Notes under the pieces: generated by a model
The model's database searches: none
What the model was told of the DNA's origin: nothing
The model's input: the letters and a program-made list of their open reading frames with translations, nothing else
DNA from: Armatimonadota bacterium
GTDB taxonomy: Bacteria; Armatimonadota; UBA5829
Direction: 5' to 3'
NCBI GenBank assembly: GCA_026392045.1
Contig: JAPLCU010000018.1
Coordinates: 5,417-69,416, forward strand
Length of the DNA: 64,000 bases
Position numbers and translations under genes: made by a program
Shown here: one piece after another, positions 10,953 through 20,359 of the stretch
Position numbering within the stretch: position 1 is the stretch's first letter
Layout of the letters: the number at the start of each line of letters is the position of its first letter

Positions 10953-11516
10953 CTAGAAGTTGCTGCCGGATTCGACGAGCATCTTCATACTGTAACTTTG
11001 TTTAGTTGCGTCCCACTGCGTAATCGCAGTTCTCCATTCTTCGCCCGTGGCAACTTTCTTGAAGTAAGTATACACGGCTACTCTTTCGTTGAGCTTGTGC
11101 TCTATGAGTTTGGCAGCCATCTTTGATGTAAAATCGATGTCATCAGCGCTGGCATCGCTGGGCATAACCAGCCTGAATATCCCAGGGCTGGTAAACCCGC
11201 CTTCTATGACAGATTTGCAGTAGCGTTTGTTCTTCAAAAACTCATTGGTAAAATCTCGGTGCGCCTGGTCAGTATAATTCATGTTCGTGGACATGACGAG
11301 CGCCTTTTTAGCGACGTCCTCATTATCCTTGCCCTGCAAGCCCATAATTATCCAAAAAGTCAGCGCTACTATAGCTCCGGCAACTATCAGCCAAAGCCGG
11401 TTGTCTTCGCCTAACTTTTGTCTCAATGAATAATGAGGGCCGCTCACTTCGAGCTCATTCACATCTAAAGCCCATCCTTCTGTTCTTTTGCGTCTATGTA
11501 TTCCTACCATGAGCAA
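10953..11516 (-). CDS. Hypothetical single-TM protein
   Basis: AAGGAGGAG RBS before TTG; one hydrophobic helix. Confidence 0.7.
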   Translation of the reverse strand: MLMVGIHRRKRTEGWALDVNELEVSGPHYSLRQKLGEDNRLWLIVAGAIVALTFWIIMGLQGKDNEDVAKKALVMSTNMNYTDQAHRDFTNEFLKNKRYCKSVIEGGFTSPGIFRLVMPSDASADDIDFTSKMAAKLIEHKLNERVAVYTYFKKVATGEEWRTAITQWDATKQSYSMKMLVESGSNF

Positions 11517-11686
11517 TTAAGCTCCTCCTTGACTCGCAACCAGGTTAATTATACCAGAGTTAATACGCTTGCTAAACGGTTGAAGTTTCCTGTTTTTTTA
11601 TATTCGGTATATTATTAAGCTTTTCTGAGGTCTTCCGTAACATACGGAACGATTTTTTGTATGTTCGTTCCGGGGTATTTTTGTCT

Positions 11687-11815
11687 TTCGGGATTTGAGG
11701 GTTGGACCACAAGCCCATCAAACTATAATTCAAGCGTTTAACCCAACCCGTAAATCCCGAAATAGCTTACAGCAACAACTAAGCAGATACGGTTTCGGGA
11801 ACAAGTTTCCCGAAA
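11687..11815 (+). repeat. REPIN-like element, TTCGGGATTT...AAATCCCGAA family; inverted copy at ~22310-22440
   Basis: ~75 bp near-identical reverse complement at 22365-22440, each copy accompanied by a TTCGGGAA-N5-TTCCCGAA hairpin. Confidence 0.85.
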
Positions 11816-11931
11816 CACCGATGGGATGCACCCAGTCGAATGGTTCAGCAACTATTTGTGATGCGCCCAAAAATGGTTCTACTTTCCCAAGTTCGGGTAT
11901 TGTGTGCATGCCAGGTGGGAAAGATGTGATT

Positions 11932-12030
11932 TAAGTTTCACGTCACTTATCCCGTATTATTCATGATGTGCGGTAGGCTTCGGCATCAGGATACCGAAGC
12001 AACTAACTAACTAAGTTTCACGTCACTTAT
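11932..12030 (+). mobile_element. 52-bp palindromic mini-element flanked by a 19-bp direct repeat
   Basis: Core TATTATTCATGATGTGCGGTAGGCTTCGGCATCAGGATACCGAAGCAACTAA (11955-12006); DR TAAGTTTCACGTCACTTAT at 11932-11950 and 12012-12030. Confidence 0.75.
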
Positions 12031-12074
12031 ATTGATGATTGCGGCTGGTTTGCCAGTTCTTCAGAGATTCGAGA

Positions 12075-14516
12075 ATGAATACACAAGTTGAGAATGGTGA
12101 AAGAATAGAGTCGCCGCCGTGGCTCGGCTACTTGGTAGTAGCCATCATCGAGGTTGTTTTGACTCTAGGGCTGAGGTTGTTGCAGCCGATTCTTCCCCTT
12201 GCCGACTTCCCTATCCCCTATATCCTGGTCATGATGCTGATTGCCTTTCGATTTGGCAAGGGCCCCACCATTTTTGCATTTGTTTTGGGTTTTGTCTGCT
12301 TTGCATATTTCTTCCCGCCACATCACGGAATTTGGCCTCTGGCAATTACGCCCACAGGGTGGGCCGGGCTGGTCGCGCTTCTTATCGGAACAGGCATCGT
12401 GGGCTTTGCATCGGTTTCTATACGTAAGAGCATGAATCGTGCTGAATCCTTAGCGACCGAATTGCGCCGTGCGAATCAGCACACTATCGATACGCTCGAA
12501 CGTATTGCCGAATGCTATTTTAGAATGGATTTGGAATGCCGGTTTCTGGAGGTCAACCGTATAGCCGAGGAGACAGTGTTCAAGCGCCCGGCCTCTGACC
12601 TGCTGGGAAAGTCGCATGAAGAGGAATATTCAAGTTTTGATTCGGAATTTCAGCGGCAATGCAAGCGCGCTGTCGCGGAAATGCGTGAGGCGCATTTTGA
12701 AGCTCAGATCGAGCCGACTGGTCGATGGTTTGAATGCTATGTATTCCCACAAGAGACGTATCTGGATGTCTACATGCACGATATACACGACCGCAAACAG
12801 GCCGAGGAATCGCTGCGGAAAAGTGAACAGAAATACCGGCTGCTTATCGAGACGATGGACGAAGGTTTTGCCACAGCAGATGAGGATTATGTATTTACCT
12901 ATGTAAACCTGCGATTCACACAGATGCTGGGCTATGCGCAAGATGAAATGCTGGGACACGGGATACAAGAATTTCTCGATAAAGCTAACTGGGCATTAAT
13001 GCAAGAGCAGATTGCCCAACGGCGCAAAGGTGTATATGGTCACTACGAACTGTCTTGGGTGGCAAAGGACGGTCAAGCTGTATACACGATCATTTCACCC
13101 AGACCGATTGTTGACGATGATGGGCGTTTTATCGGTAGTTTTGCCACAGTTACTGACATTACAGACCGAAAGCGCTCCGAAGAAGCCTTGCGCGAAAGTG
13201 AACACAAATATCGTGAACTCTTTCATAATGCCAATGATGCAATTTTTCTGCTTGAGGTGATGGAAGACGGTTCCCCCGGTCATTTTATGGATGTAAATGA
13301 TATAGCGTGCCGCAGATTGGGTTACAGCAGAGAGGAACTGCTGAACATGGGCCCCAAGGACATCGATGGTCCAGACGCTGGTAAGCATTTGCCTGCCATT
13401 ATGAAAGAAATGCTTGAGAAAGGCACCGGCACTTTTAAGATGGTGCAACTATCCAGGAGCGGCGCTAGAATCCCCGTCGAGATCAGTTCGCACCTCCTCG
13501 AACTGTCCGGCAAGAGAGTCATATTATCCATTGCCCGCGACATTACCGAGCGCAAACTTTCTGAGGAAAGGCTTCGAAAGAGTGAAGAGAGATTTCGCGC
13601 GTTATGTGAGCGTGCCGCAGATGGATTGTTCTTGCATGATTTAGAAGGTCGGTTTGTGGAAGTCAACAAAGCCGCCTGCGAAACCTTGGGCTACACCCGT
13701 GAGGAACTCCTTGGGATGAGCGTGGCGGACATAGTGACAACATATAGCCAAGCTGATCTCGATGAGCTATGGAAGGAACTGCTGGCAAAGGGCCCGATGA
13801 CGGTTTACATGGAGCACCGGCGAAAAGACGGTTCAACTCTTGATGTGGAGGGTCGTCTCAGCCCATTCGATTACCATGATCAAGCGCTCGTCTTGGAAGT
13901 TGTGCGCGATATTACCGAACGCAAACGCACAGAGGAAGAGCAGCGCGCTTTTGAAATGCGCATAGAAGAGCAAAAACGGGTTTTCTACAAGGAGACCATT
14001 CTCAGTGTTACAGATGGGAAACTCGACATTTGTGATGAATGTGAGTTGGCGCCGTATCTCACGAACGCTGAACTCATGGTGGACGTGAGTAACGCAGCTC
14101 AGCTTTCTGTGGCGAGGTGTGAGGTGGAGGAGTTCTGTCATACGCACGGGCTCGATGGCGATCTCCTGGATTTGTTCACCATAGCTGTTGGAGAGGCGAT
14201 GACGAATGCCGTGAAGCACGGCACAAAGGGGCGTGTCTACGCAGGTGTTAAGGGCGATTATGTCTGGGTCGGAATCCAGGACGAGGGCCCCGGTATAGGC
14301 TCCTTAATTCTGCCTCGCGCAGTCTTGCTTCGAGGCTTTTCCACAAAACCTTCCCTTGGCCTGGGCTACAGCGTAATGCTGGACGTGGCAGACCAAATCC
14401 ACCTCAAAACTGATGAGCACGGCACCATTGTCATACTTGAAAAGCGGATTAGGGAGCAGGATGAAACGCTATTATTGCAAAACTTCCCGGATACCTGGAA
14501 CAACATTCCGGGTTAA
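12075..14516 (+). CDS. Membrane multi-PAS sensor with C-terminal RsbT/RsbW-like ATPase/kinase domain
   Basis: N-terminal TM helices, four PAS/PAC repeats ending D(I)TERK-like, AVGEAMTNAVKHG, DEGPGI, GFSTKPSLGLG; no HisKA box seen. Confidence 0.85.
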   Translation: MNTQVENGERIESPPWLGYLVVAIIEVVLTLGLRLLQPILPLADFPIPYILVMMLIAFRFGKGPTIFAFVLGFVCFAYFFPPHHGIWPLAITPTGWAGLVALLIGTGIVGFASVSIRKSMNRAESLATELRRANQHTIDTLERIAECYFRMDLECRFLEVNRIAEETVFKRPASDLLGKSHEEEYSSFDSEFQRQCKRAVAEMREAHFEAQIEPTGRWFECYVFPQETYLDVYMHDIHDRKQAEESLRKSEQKYRLLIETMDEGFATADEDYVFTYVNLRFTQMLGYAQDEMLGHGIQEFLDKANWALMQEQIAQRRKGVYGHYELSWVAKDGQAVYTIISPRPIVDDDGRFIGSFATVTDITDRKRSEEALRESEHKYRELFHNANDAIFLLEVMEDGSPGHFMDVNDIACRRLGYSREELLNMGPKDIDGPDAGKHLPAIMKEMLEKGTGTFKMVQLSRSGARIPVEISSHLLELSGKRVILSIARDITERKLSEERLRKSEERFRALCERAADGLFLHDLEGRFVEVNKAACETLGYTREELLGMSVADIVTTYSQADLDELWKELLAKGPMTVYMEHRRKDGSTLDVEGRLSPFDYHDQALVLEVVRDITERKRTEEEQRAFEMRIEEQKRVFYKETILSVTDGKLDICDECELAPYLTNAELMVDVSNAAQLSVARCEVEEFCHTHGLDGDLLDLFTIAVGEAMTNAVKHGTKGRVYAGVKGDYVWVGIQDEGPGIGSLILPRAVLLRGFSTKPSLGLGYSVMLDVADQIHLKTDEHGTIVILEKRIREQDETLLLQNFPDTWNNIPG

Positions 14517-14518
14517 TT

Positions 14519-14586
14519 GGGAGGGCGAAGGTCCCCCTGAGCCGAATTCTTCGCGGCCAATGGCTCGGCGGGAGCCTCGCCCTCCC
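14519..14586. repeat. Palindromic REP, GGGAGGGCGA...TCGCCCTCCC family; second copy at 59581-59650
   Basis: Both copies share the arms GGGAGGGCGAAGGTCCCCCTGAGCC and GGCTCGG.GGGAGCCTCGCCCTCCC, with different loops. Confidence 0.85.
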
Positions 14587-14607
14587 CTACTTACTTGCTT
14601 CGGTATC

Positions 14608-17322
14608 CTACTTGCTTCGGTATCCTGATGCCGAAGCTTGGCTTGGGGTAATAGACACGGTGACCGGCGATGCGGCTTGGGTCTTGAGCCAGATCACCAT
14701 ATCCGCGCCGTCCAGCTCATAGTTGATGCCTATTCGGCAGTCTTTGCCCTGAGCTATAAGTTTGCCATTTATCTTAATATTGGGTATGTTATCCCCCCAG
14801 CCTTTGATAACGAATGCCGGGTTCAAAACCGGCGTATTGGCGCTGCCACCGAGGGTAAGATCGACCTTCGAGGGCTTACCCGGCGTTGCGCTGGTCAATA
14901 AATACGCATGCTGGCAGGTATCATAGCTCTGGCTCGTAATGTTTCCACCCTTTATACTTAGAGCCGCCGGTGAGTTCCAGGACTTTGAAAGAGTGGTCAG
15001 CTCAGTTGCCTTCTTATCGGTCAGCCCATACATATATATCCATGTGTGCAGGATGCCCTCTGATTTGATCGGCGGCTCGCAGAACCACGCCAGCGACGTG
15101 TGCGCGGGGCGGTCCGTGCGTGTTGCCTGCCTGCCGTCATTGGGCAGCAGCGAAACCGGCCAATGGTTCCAATACGGGAAGTTGCGGTCGACGCCGCCCG
15201 AGGGCGGGAATGCCGCTATGGTCGCTCCCGGTCTGCGGATCATATATGGCTTATAGGTGGACCTGAAATTCACCATTTGGATGGTCGGTTTGGCGGGTTC
15301 TCTGCCAATACTCCATGGGAAATCGGGCTGCCAGGCGAATGTCTGGCTTTCCCCGGCATCGTTCGCCACGGTCAGCGCAATCACATCCACCGTATCCAAC
15401 GGCCCTTTGCCGGGTTGGCTGAAGAAAATTGTCTCCTGGTTGGACGGCGATCCGCCATACCCGCCCACGCTCTTCTTTTCCACATAACCTGTAGTCCAAA
15501 ACTTCTGATCGCGCATCATCACGCCGTCAGGATAGATATAAAAATACTCATCCACCCAGTCGCCCCAGTTGGTTTTGGGGTCGAGATTAGTCTCGTTGTA
15601 GAAAATATCGCATGGGTTGTAGCGCCAATGGAGCGCCACGCGGGCATTGTTGTTTTCTACAATGTTTATATGCGAATATCTGTCTTGTTTATCGGACATA
15701 TGCTCGGTGCAGCCATTTTCATTGCCGCGTTCCACGCTCTGATCCGCCATCAAAAGACCGTTTTCCGAAACCATGCAAAGGCCGTAGTTCCAGCCGTGCC
15801 AGAAGACGTAGTTGACAGGCATCTCGTCGAACTTCACCACCACATCCGCAGGGCCGCTCATCCTGAAAACGCTGTCCCATGAGTCGCCATATTTCAGTTC
15901 TTCGTTGATAGCGCCGAACTCAGCTTTGCCAAGAGCGGCTGTGGGCATCTGCCAGTAGCTCAAAGGTTTAGGATCGGCAGGTTTAGCCGATGCGTAGGCC
16001 TTGATGATCTCATCGGGAGAAAGAGCAGAATCGTATATCTTAACCTCATCAATCAAGCCGTCAAGAAGCATAGGTGAGCCGAGCATACTCGGGCCGCGTT
16101 CTGTCCTTGCCGGAGGGAGCTTTTCATGGCTCATTCCGATCAGCAAATCGGTATCAGCGGCTTCGGTTAATTTGCCGGTGACGGGCTTGCTTCCGACCAG
16201 CTTGCCGTTCATATAGACAGCTATGCCGCTCGCGGGGTCGTAGGTACCCACGACATGCGTCCAGGTGTGCAATGGAATTTCGGTGGATTGTATAATCGGG
16301 TTTACCCAAACAGCCATGGTGAAGTCGTTGAACTTACCTACAGCAGGCGCTTCGATGTGTTGATCCGTGCCGTCCAAAATCAACGCGTTGCCGATCTTGC
16401 CCTGGCCGAAAGCTCCGCCGACCAGCTTGCCGTTCTTGCCGCCGGCTGAGTCGGCAGCATTTTCGCCGCTGGTCTCGTCGAACTTCCACCACGCAGCCGG
16501 GGCACTCGGGCCTTTGCCAGCAGCAACATCGGTTATATCGGCGTCGGTCAGCGCACAGCCATAAATGCGCAGGTCATCCATTTTACCGTTGAAGTTGCGC
16601 TTGCCGCCGTTCCAACCGCCTATCTGCATGTCTATAAAGTCTGCGGCGACGGGTCTGCTAACTCTGCGGGCGCTGTCTAGTTTGCCATTGATGAATATTT
16701 TGCAGGACTTATCCGAACTGCTGTAAACGACTGCAATATGTGTCCAGGTATTGCTGGGTATCTTTGCGTTGGAGTCCAGATCGCCGACGCCGCTTACGGA
16801 AAACTGAAACTTACTGTCGCTGCGGATCATTGTGTGAACACCGCCTGCCTCCCAGCCGTTTGTATGCAGAATCGAGCTATAATCTCGGCTGGAGTTGCCG
16901 CACTCGACCCATTTGCCGTCCACCGCCACATTCATCGCAATCGCTCCCTGGAAATCAATACCAAGGAAGTAACCCTCCTTCTTATCTGCGTTTCGGTCGA
17001 CAATCGCGGTCCAATTCCACGGGTAATTCTGAAGCGCAACCCATGCCTCTATGGTGAACGGTCCGGTCAGCTCAGGCGCCTTTACAGCGCTGCGAATTAC
17101 ATAACTGGTGAATCCGTCCAGCTTTAGACACTTTCCAGCAACACCTTTGTCTGAGTATTTGTAAAGGCCCATAAGAGCATCTTGGATGCCGCTGACGCTA
17201 TCGGTAGCAATGTCGCCCTTCTCAGACTCGAAGCGCCAGGTTGCCACCGGAGCCGCGAGTATTGCTGGTGCGCTCAGCCCGAGTATGAATATCCCAAATG
17301 CGCCAAAATATAGTTTTCGCAT
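14608..17322 (-). CDS. Secreted LamG/concanavalin-like domain protein
   Basis: Signal peptide, two LamG signatures (FTIEAWV, WTHIAVVY, FNGKMDDLRIY, GLIDEVKIY), uncharacterised C-terminal region. Confidence 0.85.
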   Translation of the reverse strand: MRKLYFGAFGIFILGLSAPAILAAPVATWRFESEKGDIATDSVSGIQDALMGLYKYSDKGVAGKCLKLDGFTSYVIRSAVKAPELTGPFTIEAWVALQNYPWNWTAIVDRNADKKEGYFLGIDFQGAIAMNVAVDGKWVECGNSSRDYSSILHTNGWEAGGVHTMIRSDSKFQFSVSGVGDLDSNAKIPSNTWTHIAVVYSSSDKSCKIFINGKLDSARRVSRPVAADFIDMQIGGWNGGKRNFNGKMDDLRIYGCALTDADITDVAAGKGPSAPAAWWKFDETSGENAADSAGGKNGKLVGGAFGQGKIGNALILDGTDQHIEAPAVGKFNDFTMAVWVNPIIQSTEIPLHTWTHVVGTYDPASGIAVYMNGKLVGSKPVTGKLTEAADTDLLIGMSHEKLPPARTERGPSMLGSPMLLDGLIDEVKIYDSALSPDEIIKAYASAKPADPKPLSYWQMPTAALGKAEFGAINEELKYGDSWDSVFRMSGPADVVVKFDEMPVNYVFWHGWNYGLCMVSENGLLMADQSVERGNENGCTEHMSDKQDRYSHINIVENNNARVALHWRYNPCDIFYNETNLDPKTNWGDWVDEYFYIYPDGVMMRDQKFWTTGYVEKKSVGGYGGSPSNQETIFFSQPGKGPLDTVDVIALTVANDAGESQTFAWQPDFPWSIGREPAKPTIQMVNFRSTYKPYMIRRPGATIAAFPPSGGVDRNFPYWNHWPVSLLPNDGRQATRTDRPAHTSLAWFCEPPIKSEGILHTWIYMYGLTDKKATELTTLSKSWNSPAALSIKGGNITSQSYDTCQHAYLLTSATPGKPSKVDLTLGGSANTPVLNPAFVIKGWGDNIPNIKINGKLIAQGKDCRIGINYELDGADMVIWLKTQAASPVTVSITPSQASASGYRSK

Positions 17323-18515
17323 TATTTACCTCCCTGCAGCGGTTTGATCTCGATTGAGACCAGCTTGGTGGATTGTTTCTTAACCCAGATTATAAGATCG
17401 CTGACGGTATCCGTCTTGCGGAAGCCGTAACGGAAATCTGGCCCACGCTTGATGGGTTTGCCGTCTATGCTAAGCGAGATATCGTTCTTTCCCCAGCCTT
17501 TGATTACGAAGGCGGGGTTGTAGACGGGAGATGCTGCGCTGGCTGCAAGCTGCAATTTTAAGGTAGATGGACCGCCACATACTATGTGGTATGCCTTGTC
17601 GCTCTGGTCGAATCCTTTAATCGTAAAAGAAGATTCCGTCCGCGCCGTTAGCTTGGGTGCAGAAAGCCATGAGTCTGGTGTGGTGTCCCTGTAATCAGCA
17701 TTTTTTACCAGGCGCAACATCGTCCTCCAAGACCTGCTTGTTTTGTCTTCAGCGTATGGTTTCAGATTTTCGCCGCGCATTGCCAAAACCCGGATGCGGT
17801 CAGCATCAGCGCTATCCAAAATGGGCCATTGCAAGGGTCCCTCTTGTTGGTATTCGTCAGCCATCGAGCCCCATTCATCGAGTATGCGTGCCAACGACGC
17901 ACCTTGTTTCGCGCCTTTTAGGAGTTGATTATCAGGCTGATACATATATAGAGCGTGACTATAGAGAATCCAGTCTTCCAGATCAGAGCTAAAGAGTTTA
18001 ATCGTCCGCGTAGCATAAGCATCTGGGTAGATTGTATAGTATTCGTCCACCCAGTCGTTCCAATTCGTTATTGGGTCTGTGTTGATAAGCTTATAGTCTT
18101 TGTCGACCAAAGCATAGCGCCATCGCACGACCACGCGGGCATCATTGCTTTCAACTATGCTAACAAACGAATATTTGCACAGCTTGTCCCACTTGGGGCT
18201 CGCGTTGCTTCGCTCCACGCAGCCATCGGAATACCACACGCGCTTCTCATTCACCCAGAAAGGCACGTAATTGGTTCCGCGCCAAAAGACCACTCGATAA
18301 TCATACTCATCGAACCTCACAACAACATCGGCCTTATCGCCGACTCGCCAAAGCGCATCCCATTCGGGGCTGTAATTCAGCTTGGTGTAATAAGCTCCAA
18401 ACCGGCCTTTTCCTTCAGGGCCGTAAGGCAGCTTCAGCGGTGCGGCTGCAAACGCCTGCGCGCTTACAGATAACAGCACAGCCAACGCCAGCCCAACATA
18501 TATTTTGCGGGACAT
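17322..18515 (-). CDS. Secreted protein paralogous to the C-terminal part of the adjacent LamG protein
   Basis: Shared motifs ADVVV(R/K)FDE, DWVDEY, NPAFVIKGWG; GGAGG RBS. Confidence 0.8.
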   Translation of the reverse strand: MSRKIYVGLALAVLLSVSAQAFAAAPLKLPYGPEGKGRFGAYYTKLNYSPEWDALWRVGDKADVVVRFDEYDYRVVFWRGTNYVPFWVNEKRVWYSDGCVERSNASPKWDKLCKYSFVSIVESNDARVVVRWRYALVDKDYKLINTDPITNWNDWVDEYYTIYPDAYATRTIKLFSSDLEDWILYSHALYMYQPDNQLLKGAKQGASLARILDEWGSMADEYQQEGPLQWPILDSADADRIRVLAMRGENLKPYAEDKTSRSWRTMLRLVKNADYRDTTPDSWLSAPKLTARTESSFTIKGFDQSDKAYHIVCGGPSTLKLQLAASAASPVYNPAFVIKGWGKNDISLSIDGKPIKRGPDFRYGFRKTDTVSDLIIWVKKQSTKLVSIEIKPLQGGK

Positions 18516-18625
18516 CCATTTACCTCCTGGTTATGTTTTAAGCATTTACGGTAATTACTTAGTGGATGGGGTTGATATCACCTTCTCTTGAGTTAAAAAA
18601 TATGGGCGGACAGGAGAAATCTCGA

Positions 18626-18654
18626 TTGACAAGAGCGCATTTTGCGTATAGCAT
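18626..18654 (+). promoter_or_regulatory. Sigma70-type promoter
   Basis: TTGACA-17 bp-TAGCAT upstream of 18690. Confidence 0.6.
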
Positions 18655-18689
18655 ATCCAAGGCAGCAAGATTGCTGTCGAGGAGGTTTC

Positions 18690-19040
18690 ATGGATAAACT
18701 ATTAGCCCCCTGCGGGATTGATTGCGCAGAATGCGAGGCTTATAAGGCAACTCAGGAAAATAACCTGGAAGATATGAGAGAGATCGCAGTTAAATGGACA
18801 GAGCAATACCGCACCGAGCTCGCGCCTGAGAATATCAAATGCGATGGCTGCCTTGCGCAGACAGGTCGCAATGGGCGCTACTCGCAGATGTGCAGCGTGC
18901 GCAGATGCGCAACAAGTAAGAAAGTAACAAACTGCGCTCAATGCAAAGATTATGGCTGCGATAGGCTTATTGAGATATTTGCAGTTGCCCCGCAGGCCAA
19001 AGACAACCTTGAGGCGATTCGCCCGAAGAAACGAAAGTAG
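18690..19040 (+). CDS. DUF3795-like cysteine-rich protein
   Basis: APCGIDCAEC, CDGC, CSVRRCA, NCAQC; GGAGG RBS. Confidence 0.8.
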   Translation: MDKLLAPCGIDCAECEAYKATQENNLEDMREIAVKWTEQYRTELAPENIKCDGCLAQTGRNGRYSQMCSVRRCATSKKVTNCAQCKDYGCDRLIEIFAVAPQAKDNLEAIRPKKRK

Positions 19041-19082
19041 ATATTAGGTGTTAGGTCTTAGGTCTTAGTGAAGGAGGATGCA

Positions 19083-19847
19083 ATGGAAAGTCAGATATCG
19101 CAGGAATTAAAGCTCAGGTATTTGCCGGTTGCGATTATTCTCAGTGATGAGAAACCCGAGGGCGCGCTGCAGTTCGCAGAAGGGCATTGGGGCTGCGTTA
19201 TTGCCATGCTGAGCGCTGCTGCGAAGGGTAAGACGGCTGCGTTCGACAGCGATACCGTCACATGCGGCGGCGGCAAGATCGGCCTTGGATTTTGCAGTGA
19301 GTTTGAGGGGCATCCCGGTGGGATTGAATATTTCCTTTCTACCGGCAAGGGCGAAGGGTTCCCTGAAGGCGAGGCCTACAAGAAAACCCCAGAGCTCGCC
19401 AAAGCATTTGTGGACGAGCTTCCCACCACAGATATCCCCACCAGGTATGTAATTTTCAAACCTCTGAGCGAGGTAGACCCGGAGCGCGAAAAGCCGGAGG
19501 TTGTTGTCCTGCTTGCAAACCCCGACCAACTTTCCGCGCTGATTGTGCTCGCCAACTATGATCGGCCCACCTCCGATAACGTGAGCGTGAGTTTCGGCGC
19601 CGGCTGCCATCAGATTTTTCTGCTGCCCTATGCAGAATCCAAGAAAGAGCAGCCGAAGGCAATCTTGGGCGTGACCGATGTCACAGCCAGACCGTATGTA
19701 GACCCCGACCTGCTATCGTTTGCCATGCCCTATGCAATGTTCCTCAAAATGGAAGCCAACATACCCGGCAGTTTCCTTGAGAAGCGCGATTGGAAGAAGG
19801 TGCGAGAACGAATTTTTGGATGCTGCGGGAATGACGAATCGCGATAA
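19083..19847 (+). CDS. DUF169-like protein
   Basis: LKLRYLPVAI, TCGGGKIGLGF, NPDQLSALIVLANY, FGAGC. Confidence 0.75.
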   Translation: MESQISQELKLRYLPVAIILSDEKPEGALQFAEGHWGCVIAMLSAAAKGKTAAFDSDTVTCGGGKIGLGFCSEFEGHPGGIEYFLSTGKGEGFPEGEAYKKTPELAKAFVDELPTTDIPTRYVIFKPLSEVDPEREKPEVVVLLANPDQLSALIVLANYDRPTSDNVSVSFGAGCHQIFLLPYAESKKEQPKAILGVTDVTARPYVDPDLLSFAMPYAMFLKMEANIPGSFLEKRDWKKVRERIFGCCGNDESR

Positions 19848-20351
19848 CGTGGCAATATTAAGCAAACATCAATTCCCGAAGCTATCACCGGCTGATCGTG
19901 CAATAGCTGCGGGAACTCTTGAACGCGCAAATCTGGAAGTGAAGTAGACAAAGCCGTTTCAGATGCTGCGGGAATGACGGCGCGTGATAAGGCTGTGATT
20001 CTCGCCAAACGTCAATTCCCGCAGCTATCACCGGCTGATTGTGTAATAGCTGCGGGAACTCTTGAACGCGCAAATCTGGAAGTGAAGTAGACAAAGCCGT
20101 TATATGCTTCGGGACTGTTTTTCCGTCCCGAAGCATTTCTTTATACGTAAATTATTGATCGAGTGGATTTTCAGATGCTGCGGGAATGTCGTTGACCGAT
20201 AACACAACAAGATTCATCAAACGTCAATTCCCGCAGCTATTACTGGCTGATTGTGCAATAGCTGCGGGAACTCTTGAACGCGCAAATCTGGAAGTGAAGT
20301 AGACAAAGCCGTTCCCGCAGCATCTGAAAGCCGTTCCCGCAGCATCTGAAA
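19819..20351 (+). repeat. Array of three ~143-bp GCTGCGGGAA/TTCCCGCAGC units with a fixed-length variable segment
   Basis: Units start at 19819, 19962 and 20174; the last is bounded by the perfect inverted repeat TTTCAGATGCTGCGGGAA/TTCCCGCAGCATCTGAAA; 22-bp tandem duplication at 20305-20348. Confidence 0.9.
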
Positions 20352-20359
20352 ACCCTTAC

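Noticed and set aside
11695-11934. Small ORFs at 11695-11934 and 22232-22513
   Set aside because: They translate repeat elements; no RBS or protein-like signal
19819-20351. Canonical CRISPR array
   Set aside because: The constant part is ~115 bp, the variable part has fixed internal bases, and there is no leader or cas gene; kept as a non-CRISPR finding
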